The notes: generated by a model not told the origin, from the sequence alone. DNA of 63,716 nucleotides, filler included, from Octopus bimaculoides (GCF_001194135.2; 7 parts of 7 records of this genome joined end to end with filler, not necessarily neighbours in it); one strand, 5' to 3'. Shown: positions 50,756-62,346, counted from the whole stretch's first letter. Program-made: numbers and translations.

Positions 50756-51120
50756 TATTTACAACTTCATATTTTGTTGTTTGTACTTGATACAACTAAA
50801 TAAAATGATTATTTTAATTGTATATTTAAGACGGCCTGATTTTAAAATGTTTTTTTGTTAAAATTTATTTTTGGTTATTTTTGTACCATATTTTTAAAGA
50901 TTTACTTGTTTTTTAGATTCTCATAATACATACAATAAATTCTCTCAAAATTACCTAATATAATGTATTTTAATTTTAAAAATGTTTTTCTCGGCTGCAA
51001 TATCTTAACTACATTAGAGTTTTAATCTTTAGTACTTTTTAGTTTCCTTTAGAGGTGACTAATTAGGCAAATTCTACAGCAGATATCTTGCACTGTACTT
51101 TTCCAGGTGTAATAACTTAA

Positions 51121-53260
51121 GAATATTAACATGTATGCTCCCAATTCTTTTTTTACCTGGAGAAGCAATAAACGACACACGAGGAAAGGTGAGGCTGATG
51201 CTCTGGCAAGAGTTTGCAGTGTCCACCCAAGCCAAGCAGAGTGCTACTACTTACGGCTCTTTTTGCATGAAGTTCTTGGTCCCAAATCATTTCAAGATTC
51301 GAGGAGGGTAAATGGTCAAGTGTGTGAAGTTCATAGGGAATCATGCTATCAACAAGTTTTTTTAGAAAATGATAAGCATTGGAATATTGCATTGACTGAA
51401 ACATCAGTATCAAATTCTCCAAGGAAACCCAGTAACCTTTTTGCAGTTATACTGAACATGTGTCTGCATGAAGTACGTGATCCCAAACCATTCCAAGATT
51501 CGAGGAGGGTAAGTGGTTATGCGTGTGAAACTTATAGGGAAGTATGCTATCAACAAGGGTTTTTAGAAAATGTTGAGCGTTGAGACCTTGCATTGACTGG
51601 AGCATCAGTATCAGATTCTCCAAGAAAACTCCGTAACCTTTTTGCAATTATACTGAACATGTGTCAGCTTGGCGATCCCTACAGCTTTGGATGAAACATC
51701 GTGAGTTCATGGCTGAGGACTTAAAGTATGCAGTTCAACAGGCAAACCCAGATATTAATATTCAGTTCTCTGAAACAATTTTTAACCAAACGCTGACTGA
51801 AATTGAGGATCAAGTTTTGGCCATGGGAGGTAAAAATTTGCAAGAGTTTGGCTCTGGACTGCCGAAAACAAACCGCCAAAGTAGTGATTTACCTTCAAGA
51901 GACATAGCAAAGGAGACAAATTATGACATCACAGAGTTGGATGCATTTGTGAGTGAACATGAACCTAAACTTCTTCCAGAGCAACGTTGTGCATGTGATG
52001 AAATTATTTCGTCAGTCAGAGAAAAAACGGAGGAATTTTCTTTCTTGATGCTCTTTGTGGGACAGATAAAACATTTGTGAAAACATTGCTTCTGTCCAAG
52101 GTAAGGTAACAAAAAAGAATTGCAGTTGCTGTAGCATCGTCTGGCTTTGCTTGTACCATTCCCCCAGGTGGACGAACAGTTCATTCTGCTTTTAAATTAC
52201 CACTAAACCTGGTCACAAATGACAATCCAATTTGTAACATATGCAAAGGTTCAGCAGAAGTGTTGCGCCAATGCCACCTGATCATTTGAGATGAATGTAC
52301 CATGTCACATAGAGGTGCAATGGAAGCTTTTGATAAGACTTTACAGGACATAAGAGGCAACAATAAATCTATAGGAGGAGTTGCATTAGTTTTATCAGGA
52401 GAATTCAGACAGACATTATGAGTCATTCTGTGACGAACAAAATCTAATGAAATAAAAGCATGCATTAAATCTTCACACCTATGGAAAGAGTACAGAAATT
52501 CTCCTTTAATACAAACATGCGAGCTTTATTACATGGAGACCAATGTGCAGAACAGTTTTCAACCGGGCACCTCCAATTAGGAAATGAGAAAGTACCATTT
52601 GATGGGAATAGTGATATTAATTTGGCTCATATTGCTATCATGGTGAATTCCCCAGCTGAAATGAAGAACAGGGTATTACCAGACTTAAGTAATAACTATA
52701 ATTCATATAAACGGTTGTGTGAAAGGGCAATTCTTGCTTCAAAATATGAGACAGTAGCAAGGATTAACCATGAATTAATGAATAAAATTCCAATAGTCTT
52801 TAAGGAATACAAATTAGTTGATTCAGTCCTTGATGAAAATCAAGATGTCCATTACCCAACAGAATTCCTTAATTCTCTTGAGACACCTGGACCTCATCCA
52901 CATAAACTTTTTCTGAAGGTAGGAGTCCTAATAATGCTTGTAATAAATTTCGATCCTCCTAAATTATGCAATGGGACAAGGTTGACTGTAAAGACATTAT
53001 CACCTAATGTGATAGAAGCTACCATCATCACTGGATGTGCCTCTGGGGAAGAGGCTTTCGTTCCAAGGATTCCAATCAAACCAACAGACATGCCATTTGA
53101 GTTCAAACGAACACAATTCCCAGTGCGACTTTGCTTTGCAATGTCAATTAATAATGCTGAAGGCCAGGCTTTCAAATTTACTGGGTTGCACTTAATTGAG
53201 CCTTGCTTTTCTCATGGTCAACTTTATGTTCGTTGCTCCAAGGTTGGTATTTTGCAAGAG
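51121..53260 (+). mobile_element. Helitron Rep/Helicase pseudogene (post-Rep region + PIF1-family helicase)
   Basis: ECYYLRLFLHEVLGPKSFQD; degenerate Walker A FFLDALCGTDKTF; AVASSG...PGGRTVHSAFKLPL; DECTM; LSGEFRQ; ERAILA; YPTEFLNSL; KLCNGTRL; FKRTQFPVRLCFAMSIN; PCFSHGQLYV. Frameshifts and stops present. Confidence 0.95.
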
Positions 53261-53384
53261 TTATTTCTATGCTCCAAACCAGAAAGCAAAGAATGTTGTT
53301 TTACCCAGGAGCTCTTACGTCATTTCCTTCAACATGTGCTAGAATTTATCTCCTTTCATAAAAGTGGTAAATTTTGTATTTTCG

Positions 53385-53420
<36 letters not shown>

Positions 53421-53770
53421 ATTATTATTATTATTATTATTATTGTTATTATTATTATTGCCTTTGCACAGTTTCTAACGCTGAAGATGTACTACAGTGT
53501 TAGCTGTCCACTACCAGTGAACTAAGGTAACACCTCTTATTTTTCGAGCACCTTCCGGAGTATTCGAGCGGTTCCAAGCAGTGCTGTTTTCTGAAAGTGC
53601 TCCACCCTTATTGCAGCCCCTATTTGTTCCACGTACTTCTCGAGATTTTTGCTCACTGTTCCCAAGGCTCCGACAATTATTGGTACTATTGCTACCTTTT
53701 TCATCGACCATAACTGCTTAACTTCCCAAGCTAGCCTGTCATATCTCTCGACTTTTCTTTCTTCCTTATC
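53385..53770 (-). mobile_element. 5'-truncated R4/Dong-type non-LTR retrotransposon with (TAA)n tail
   Basis: Minus: DKEERKVERYDRLAWEVKQLWSMKKVAIVPIIVGALGTVSKNLEKYVEQIGAAIRVEHFQKTALLGTARILRKVLEK* (stop at 53537-53539), about 75-bp 3' UTR, then (ATA)n. Confidence 0.85.
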
Positions 53771-54483
53771 ACATCTATCTATCTATCTATCTACTGACCT
53801 ATATTTCTATCTATCCATCTCTATTTTCATGGAACCTCACCCAAAAATACACAAAAACAATGTTCTCTTCTAAAAAAACATCTGTTTTATATAAATGAAC
53901 AAGCTGTTTGTACATTCACAAGACTTTATTTGATAAGTTCTAGAAAGGAACGAAAGCGCTAAAAATAATGAAGGAATAAAAGGATTTTTTTCTAAAATTC
54001 TGACGAATTTTTTTCTCAATATTCAATTTCTGCACATCACACNNNNNNNNNNNNNNNNNNNNNNNNNNNNNNNNNNNNNNNNNNNNNNNNNNNNNNNNNN
54101 NNNNNNNNNNNNNNNNNNNNNNNNNNNNNNNNNNNNNNNNNNNNNNNNNNNNNNNNNNNNNNNNNNNNNNNNNNNNNNNNNNNNNNNNNNNNNNNNNNNN
54201 NNNNNNNNNNNNNNNNNNNNNNNNNNNNNNNNNNNNNNNNNNNNNNNNNNNNNNNNNNNNNNNNNNNNNNNNNNNNNNNNNNNNNNNNNNNNNNNNNNNN
54301 NNNNNNNNNNNNNNNNNNNNNNNNNNNNNNNNNNNNNNNNNNNNNNNNNNNNNNNNNNNNNNNNNNNNNNNNNNNNNNNNNNNNNNNNNNNNNNNNNNNN
54401 NNNNNNNNNNNNNNNNNNNNNNNNNNNNNNNNNNNNNNNNNNNNNNNNNNNNNNNNNNNNNNNNNNNNNNNNNNNNNNNNNNN

Positions 54484-54509
54484 CTGTTGTTGTTTTTTCG
54501 TATATTCTC

Positions 54510-54521
<12 letters not shown>
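54484..54521 (+). mobile_element. 3' end of the same Penelope-LTR-like repeat; remainder hidden in the N gap
   Basis: CTGTTGTTGTTTTTTCGTATATTCTCCCATATATA vs 12908-12942 (1 mismatch). Confidence 0.6.
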
Positions 54522-54542
<21 letters not shown>

Positions 54543-55387
54543 TAGATAGATAGCGACACTAGTATCTTTAATGATTAACTAAAAAAAATATAAATTCACA
54601 ACTGTAAAATAGAAAAAATAGGAAAAATGTATATCAGATTGCCTGAAGCACGACCAAGTGAGGCTGTCTTCTATTTTGGCTTTACAAAATAGTTTAAGAC
54701 AACGAAAATAACTGAATATATAAATGGATATATAAATATATAAAGAAGCAAATGATTGCATAAATAATATAAAAACTGCTTGCATTTAGCATGCAGTAAT
54801 ATCGTGTTGACGTAACTGGAATGTCTCGAAATAGCTGTTCGATAAAATACAGGATATCTCTCGACCACCTGAGTTCATAGCATGTCTTATGTCTCTCAGC
54901 AGGAACCATTTCGCTTTATAGAGCAATTTCTATTTTTCTTTTCTCCTCTTCTATTCTTTGTCGCTAATTATTTATCGTAAGCATTCAAATGTTAAAAGAA
55001 ATATCTGATGCGTATTAAAAGAAACCAACGTGGGAGAGGAGATGGAAGAATTGCAAGAGTTTCCTTTTTTTTCTTCCCCGGTATTTTTCCAACTCTTAAT
55101 ACATTGAGTTCGAATCCTGCGTAAGTCAGCTTTCCTTTTCATTTTTTTCGTGGTCGATAAATAAACTGCTAATCCAGTACAGAGGTCGATTCTGTCCCTC
55201 TCTCTCTCATACACACTCAGTCACTCATTCACTTATACGCACATACACAGACATGTTTTGTCAGTCGGAGTGACGAAGACTACCTAGTCATCTATAAGGA
55301 TGGCTGATGATTTGAGTAATGACTTTCTGAAGAAAAGTTACACACCGTCGCCCTCACACTCTTGTTTGTGACCGTCTTCAATCCTGT

Positions 55388-55439
55388 GTCAAGACCAGGT
55401 CAAGACCAGGTCAAGACCAGGTCAAGACCAGGTCAAGAC
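55388..55439. repeat. Perfect 11-bp tandem repeat (GTCAAGACCAG) x4.7
   Basis: Read directly; yields AGGTCA half-sites spaced by 5 nt. Confidence 0.95.
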
Positions 55440-55905
55440 GACTGATGGCGGAAACGGATGCTGTGGATGACCAAGATGTCTTATTTGCTTCATCTTGCTC
55501 CCTCCGCTTCACAATGCGTTGCTGCAGCAGCTTTCCTCTGCGTTGATGAGGGTTTGTTTTTTTCCACAGAGTCGGCCGGATTCAATTTTTACATAAATAA
55601 GTAGGCAAGCCCTTACATACTAATTACCCCATAGCAGGGCCCTGACCAAATGTTACTACTACTCTGGGTTAGAGTAGATCTGGGAACAATGGTGGCTAAG
55701 AGGTGGTTCCACACTCCTCGGAACCCTGGAGCTCATGTATCAGGATCCCCAACACTGGATACAGTTTAAAGTCATATCAAGGACAAACACGCTTGCTCAC
55801 TCACTCACTCACTCACTCACACGCATGCACGCACACACACATAGATAGAGATCTAGGTCGGTAGATAGGCTGATAGATAGATAGATACATACATACATAC
55901 ATACA

Positions 55906-55937
<32 letters not shown>

Positions 55938-56203
55938 CACACACACAAACACGCGCACTCTCTCTCTCTCCCTCTCTCACACACTCACTCACTCATACTC
56001 TTTAGCTCTTTCTCGTTCTCTCTTGCTCAACTTTTCTTTGGAAGAAATCCACTGCTGTTGAACTTGTATGATAGGTTCCATCCGGCTTTTTAAAATGCCT
56101 GTTTGTTACCACTGCATCCCTACGTTTCTAGCAAAATTTGAGTGCTCAAGGATGAAAATATCATTTTAAAGCTTGACAAATCAGAGAGAGAGAGAGAGAG
56201 AGA

Positions 56204-56264
<61 letters not shown>

Positions 56265-56716
56265 TAATAAAATAAAACAAGTATTAAGATCTTACTGTCG
56301 GCAATGTCTGAGAGAAAGATGTGGATGGATTCATTCTTCATGCCTGCAGCTGATTTCAGAAGTTGGACTGAAAAATTCAGTACTATTTTCTAATTTAAAA
56401 GAAAAAAGAAAATATAATGCATGTACTATGTATGTACGCATATATGAATAATACAGAAAATATAACGATCCGAGTCAGCCCCTCTCTTTAGCTTCAGACT
56501 TATGTTTGTATTTTAATTAGGGTCAATTTAACATACCCCTTAATTCTTCTAATTCTTTTTTTTTTTTTGATGACGATATTAATGCTGATATCATTGCAGT
56601 ATTTGCAAAATACATCATATGACAGGTAACTTATTTGATTATCTTTGACTATGTTGAAAATTTTATAACACTGAAAACGTTTTTGAATAAAAAAAAAATG
56701 CAAAAATCTACCTTTA

Positions 56717-57133
56717 TCTTTTACTTGTTTCAGTCATTAGACTGCGGTCATGCTAGGGCACAGCTTTAAAGAATTTTTTTTTCAGTCAAAGGAATTTGAC
56801 CCCAGTATCTTCTTTTAAGCCTGGTACTTATTCTATCCGTATCTTTTGTCGTCCACTAAGTTACAAGGACGTAAACATACCAATACCGGTTGTCAAGCGA
56901 TGGTGGTAGGAGAACAGAGACACGAAGACACACGCACTTAGGTATACGCACACACACACATTTATATATACGGCGGGATTCTTTCAGTTTCCGTCTACCA
57001 AATCCACTCACAAGGCTTTAGTCACCCCGAGGTTTTACTAGAAGACACTTACTCAATGTGCCATGCAGTGGGACTGAACTCGGAACCATGTGGTTGGAAA
57101 GCAAGTTTTTTACCACTCAGCCACGCATGTGCC
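56717..57133 (-). mobile_element. SINE A, full length
   Basis: Head GGCACATGCGTGGCTGAGTGGTAAAAA...GGTTCCGAGTTCAGTCCCAC; tail ATGACTGAAACAAGTAAAAGA. Confidence 0.9.
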
Positions 57134-57699
57134 TTTCGTCATGAATTTGGGGTATTGACCTAAACAATACGATCACGAAAACAAGCGGCCGGAGTAAAGT
57201 TCCTCCGAGGAATCTCNNNNNNNNNNNNNNNNNNNNNNNNNNNNNNNNNNNNNNNNNNNNNNNNNNNNNNNNNNNNNNNNNNNNNNNNNNNNNNNNNNNN
57301 NNNNNNNNNNNNNNNNNNNNNNNNNNNNNNNNNNNNNNNNNNNNNNNNNNNNNNNNNNNNNNNNNNNNNNNNNNNNNNNNNNNNNNNNNNNNNNNNNNNN
57401 NNNNNNNNNNNNNNNNNNNNNNNNNNNNNNNNNNNNNNNNNNNNNNNNNNNNNNNNNNNNNNNNNNNNNNNNNNNNNNNNNNNNNNNNNNNNNNNNNNNN
57501 NNNNNNNNNNNNNNNNNTTGCTCTTAATTTGATCTTATGGAGGAGGAATCTGAGGACTCTAGTCCCACGACCGTCCTAATAGTGAGCGGAGAAAATGGAT
57601 GGTACGGATGGATTAGTAAACAAGCTATAAATTTCGGTATAGACAACGAAAGAAGTCTATGACAGTTTTGTATTAAAGCAATATCTATATAAATGTTAA

Positions 57700-57915
57700 G
57701 GCGGCGAACTAGCAGAACTGTTGGCACATCGGGCAAAATGCTTAGCGGCATTTCGTCCGACTTTACGTTCTGAGTTCAAAATTCCTCTGAAGTCAACTTT
57801 GCCTTCCATCATTTCGGGGTCGATAAAATAAGTATCAGTTGCATACTGGGGTCGATATAAACTACTAGCCCCTCCCCCGCCAAATTGCTGAGCTTATGGC
57901 AAAATTTGAAACCAA
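57700..57915 (+). mobile_element. SINE B, alternative-tail variant
   Basis: GGCGGCGAACTAGCAGAAC head; tail CTAGCCCCTCCCCGCCAAATTGCTG. Confidence 0.85.
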
Positions 57916-58274
57916 TATTCATATCAATGTAAATGACAATGAATATTTGCTGCACTGTAGGAAAGCCGTAAAAGCAAAAATATTGAAGTTTTCTTTAGGA
58001 GAAAAAATAATTAATTCTGCTTCCCATGCTACGTTATATGTTCCGTCTTTTGAGTCGGAATACCTTTAAGTTTCCCTATAGATGTCTTATTTTCTATAAT
58101 AGCTTTAAGTCTCTGTATAAATGTTATTTTCAGTTGTATTTCATTTTTAGATTTGTCTCAGCCATTTGTTTCAACAATGCATTGACGAAAAATATCTTAT
58201 GAGATATGTATGGCTCCACATTTAATATACGCATTACTGATATATTTATCTGTGTATTTGACATATCCCCCACA

Positions 58275-58374
58275 NNNNNNNNNNNNNNNNNNNNNNNNNN
58301 NNNNNNNNNNNNNNNNNNTTAATTAATTAANNNNNNNNNNNNNNNNNNNNNNNNNNNNNNNNNNNNNNNNNNNN
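58275..58374. other. Artificial scaffold join
   Basis: Linker at 58319-58330. Confidence 0.95.
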
Positions 58375-59545
58375 TTCACGCATAAGCATTTGAATTTCAT
58401 TGGGTAACTCATATTAAAAACATATATGGTATTGTATTCGTTAACGATTGAGCTGTTTGAATGTATATAAATTGAACAGTAAAATATAAATATATATTAT
58501 ANNNNNNNNNNATAAATTGAACAGTAAAATATAAATATATATTATATAATATCGAAGAAATTTTGTGTGAAAATGGGGTGATGTATATCCAAAAGGGGCT
58601 AAGTAATAATTAATTATTTATAGAGGCGTATGGCTGTTTTTATTATTTTAAAATCTATGATTTGAAGCAGTTCCTTAGTTGAAAAATTCACTAACTAGTG
58701 TATGGTTTATAAACGTTTATAGTTTGAAAATAAGTTACCCAGCCAAATTCAAAAGTTTATTCGTGAAATTGGATGATATCAAACCATATATTACATGTAG
58801 CATCTGAATTTCATTCCAGTCTTGATCAAAACTGTCTGACGAACTGATACGCGGAACTATAAGTAACGGTTTTGTGTTGTTTGTGCAGCTTTAATTATAA
58901 TACACACACTCACACATACACAAAAACATACACACACAAACTCACATACACATATATATGCAAATTAATGGAATGGTCCTGGTAAAATCTGCACTACATG
59001 TGTTTTCTAGATTGTAGAACCTCGGGAAATAATAATTACCCAACGAGGAATACTCCACTAGCTACTCATCAGGCGAAAGTAACCTTTGTTAAATATAGGT
59101 TACACATTTGTCAATGAAAATGGATGCACTCTGAATTTTGGATAATTGTTTGTTACTTTATGGTCAGGTCGCTCTNNNNNNNNNNGTGCTACTGGTAACA
59201 TGTAACGCAGTACAACCTGTTTGATGGTCGCTTCTTCAGTGACTAAACTGGCAACCCCATTATGCTTGTTTGGTGAGGAGGGTGATTCTTGGACACCATG
59301 CGGGGCGAAAAATATGCCCCGTCAAAGGGCAGAACTACTGTGTAGTCAACGGCCAATTCAAGAAGTACCTTGAGGCGGTGAAGTACCTGTGTGCTCCATT
59401 AACCTGGAGAGCTATACTAGAGGGAGAGAACTCTTCAGGCATGTCTTACCAGGCCACACTGCGAGGCGTGGATTTAGTTATCAGCAGGACCTAAGAGATC
59501 AGATTCCTGGCTTTGAACTAGCAGGATGTTATGCAGAGGATCTTG

Positions 59546-59645
59546 NNNNNNNNNNNNNNNNNNNNNNNNNNNNNNNNNNNNNNNNNNNNTTAATTAATTA
59601 ANNNNNNNNNNNNNNNNNNNNNNNNNNNNNNNNNNNNNNNNNNNN
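59546..59645. other. Artificial scaffold join
   Basis: Linker at 59590-59601. Confidence 0.95.
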
Positions 59646-59667
59646 TATATATATATTATATGTATTT

Positions 59668-59985
59668 ATTTTATTCTTTTATTGTTTCAGTCATTTGACT
59701 GCAGCCATGCTCCAGCATGGCCGCAGTCAGTCGAACAAATCGTCCCCAGGACGTTTTCTTTGTAAGCCTAGTACTTATTCTATCGGATTGCTTTTGCCGA
59801 ACCGCTAAGTTACGGGGACGTAAACGCACCAGCATCGGTTGTCAAGCGATCGTGGGGGGACGAAGATACACATAAACATTCACACACACACACACACACA
59901 TACATACACACAAACACACACACACACATATATATATATATACATACGACGGACTTCTTTCAGTTTCCTTCTACCAATTCCACTT
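59668..59985 (-). mobile_element. SINE A, 5'-truncated
   Basis: GTTTCAGTCATTTGACTGCAGCCATGCT...TAAGTTACGGGGACGTAAAC...TTCTTTCAGTTTCC. Confidence 0.85.
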
Positions 59986-60039
59986 GCTGCCTTTTGAAAA
60001 GAAGTTTCTGGGGGACCAGAATAAAATAGTGATCATATA

Positions 60040-60590
60040 TTAAAAAAATGATTGAGAATCTCTGCACCATAGCAGTGTGAATCGCATACGATAATGGACA
60101 AGCGAGGCGAACCACATCAAAGAACTCTGAAAGCAAGACACTACGCGAAAAAGGTTATGCTTTCAATTTGGTGTGATTGTAATAATGTTGTCTTATACTA
60201 GCTTCTTGCCACGGACAGAACCATCAATTCGGATGTCAACTGGATAAATTAAACGCAGCGATCTGCCAGAAGAGTCCAGCCCTTGTTAACCGCAAGGGTT
60301 TTGTCTTCAATCATGACAATACCAGCTTGTAAAATTTCGTATCAGAAGTTAATGGCGCCTGGCTACCTAGTTTTGCCCCACTCTTCATATCCGCTCGACC
60401 TTGCACCTTTGATTTCCGCCTGTTCATTTGAAGAGCAGAGCTTCGACTCTGAAGAGGCTGTAAATATAACACCTGGAAGAGGCTTTCACCAATAAAACAG
60501 GAAATTCTTTGAGAAACCAATAATGGATTTGCCCACATGATGGCAGAAGATAGTGGAATGAAATGCTAATTATATCATGGATTGAATAAA
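60040..60590 (+). mobile_element. mariner transposase remnant (D,D34D region)
   Basis: KRGEPHQRTLKA.HYAKKVMLSIWCD...TINSDV..LDKLNAAI.QKSPALVNRKGFVFNHDN; LPHSSYPLDLAP (cf. PHPPYSPDLAP); C-terminal WQKIV. Confidence 0.85.
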
Positions 60591-60646
60591 TCGCATATAT
60601 ATATATATATATATACATTATTTCATATATTTACACACACACACAG

Positions 60647-60700
<54 letters not shown>

Positions 60701-60790
60701 GTTTGTCTGTATATCTGTCTATCTATCTATCTTTTTGTCTATCTTTCTGTCTGTCTGTCTGTCTGTCATACAATATATAGGTGTTCGTAA

Positions 60791-61140
60791 GGCAACGAGC
60801 TGGAAGAAACGTTAGTACGCCGGACGAAATGCTTCGCGGTATTTCGTCTGCCGCTATGTTCTGAATTCAAGTTCCGCTGAGGTAGACTTTGTGTCTGTGT
60901 ATATTTGTCTGCGTCTGTGTCTTTGCGTCTGTTTGTCACCCCACAATCGCATGACAATCGATGTTGGCTTGTTTACGTCCGCCTAACTTAGCAGTTCGGT
61001 AATAGACACCGACAGAATAAGTTCTGGACTTACAAAGAATAAGTCTTGAGGTTGAATTCTTGCAATAAAAAAACAAAAAAAGAACCCCTTTAAGGTGGGG
61101 CTCCAGTATGGCCAAAGTCAAATGACCGGAACAAGTAAGA
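60791..61140 (+). mobile_element. Chimera: SINE B head (to about 60890) joined to SINE A 3' half
   Basis: GGCAACGAGCTGGAAGAAACGTTAG...GGTAGACTTT|GTGTCTGTG...GTTTACGTCC...ATGACCGGAACAAGT. Confidence 0.7.
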
Positions 61141-61515
61141 GACTAAAAGTGCATACAGCAGGATGGGGTACCATAAAACCAAAAATCCCAACATCGGCAT
61201 CAGGATACAGGAAGAAGTATTGCAACAGCTGGGGCTTCCAGGGACCGTAGCTCCTCACTATTCTTCCAAAAGACCTGAGACTCTTACATAGGGTGGCTAT
61301 AGGTGTCTTCAAAACAAAGCTGGATATCCTCCTGTGAAGCATTCCAGATTTGCCTACCTCATCTGAGGAGATGGAGATGCGGTCAGCGGCGCACGTACTC
61401 CTTCTTTCACCAAAAAGCCACATATCAAAAGAGGTTACAAATAGTGAAAGCGAGGCGAAGCCGATGGCGGTACTGCAGCATGGCCGCAGCTCCCCAGCTG
61501 AATCTAGTGAATAAC
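61140..61515 (+). mobile_element. 3' end of a CR1/L2-type LINE
   Basis: PKIPTSASGYRKKYCNSWGFQGP*LLTILPKDLRLLHRVAIGVFKTKLDILL*SIPDLP matches the GP.LFN.LP..LR...FK.KLD..L..IPD.P ORF2 C-terminus; the 3' UTR ends in GGCGGTACTGCAGCATGGCCGCAG. Confidence 0.75.
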
Positions 61516-61738
61516 AAAGATAGAAAAGAGGAACAAAAAATTATGAAATGTATATAAATACATAACACACACACACACATATATATATATATAAGCGTAT
61601 GTGTGTATGTGTGTGTGTGTGCATGTATATATGTATGTATAGATATACATGTGTTTATGTGTGTGTGTGTGTGTGTAATATGCATGTACACATATATACA
61701 TCTACTTACGAACAGACACACATACATGAATATGTGTG

Positions 61739-61777
<39 letters not shown>

Positions 61778-61889
61778 TTATATATATACACACATAGACA
61801 TGCATATACTTACATATGTACAAACACACACGAATACATAAACAAGCACACACAAACAGACACACACACGTATATATATATATATATAT

Positions 61890-61989
61890 NNNNNNNNNNN
61901 NNNNNNNNNNNNNNNNNNNNNNNNNNNNNNNNNTTAATTAATTAANNNNNNNNNNNNNNNNNNNNNNNNNNNNNNNNNNNNNNNNNNNN
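61890..61989. other. Artificial scaffold join
   Basis: Linker at 61934-61945. Confidence 0.95.
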
Positions 61990-62228
61990 ATGGTGCTAAG
62001 GTGTAGGTACAAGAGGAGGTCAAACTCTCTATAAGGAGTAGACAACCACCATATATATAATATATGTATAATAACTGAGGCACTGAGAGTTTCGTGTCAA
62101 GGGGGAAACTGTCGGCCGTTCGGTCCCTCCAGTGAGGATTTCTTGCTTGAAAAGAAAAAATGAACACTAAACAACAAACCCCCAATGAATCCCAAAAAAC
62201 AAAAATCTTGCCTTGCAGTTGAGCGTCA

Positions 62229-62266
62229 CTAGTTCAATTATTGACGACGCTGCACACCAGCGTCGT
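62229..62266 (-). mobile_element. Helitron-type 3' terminus (hairpin + CTAG|T)
   Basis: Minus: ACGACGCTG-GTGTG-CAGCGTCGT (9-bp stem), 11-nt spacer, CTAG followed by T. Confidence 0.55.
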
Positions 62267-62309
62267 GATTCCTCTCAGTGTAAAGAAAACACTGACACAC
62301 GCATGCGCG

Positions 62310-62346
62310 GAAGCAAGCTTCTTACCACACAGCCACTCCTGCGCTT
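62310..62346 (-). mobile_element. SINE A extreme 5' end
   Basis: Minus: AGCGCAGGAGTGGCTGTGTGGTAAGAAGCTTGCTTCC. Confidence 0.75.

Noticed and set aside
58467-58546. 35-bp direct repeat around a 10-N gap (similarly 39820-40090)
   Set aside because: Typical unmerged contig overlap; assembly artefact.
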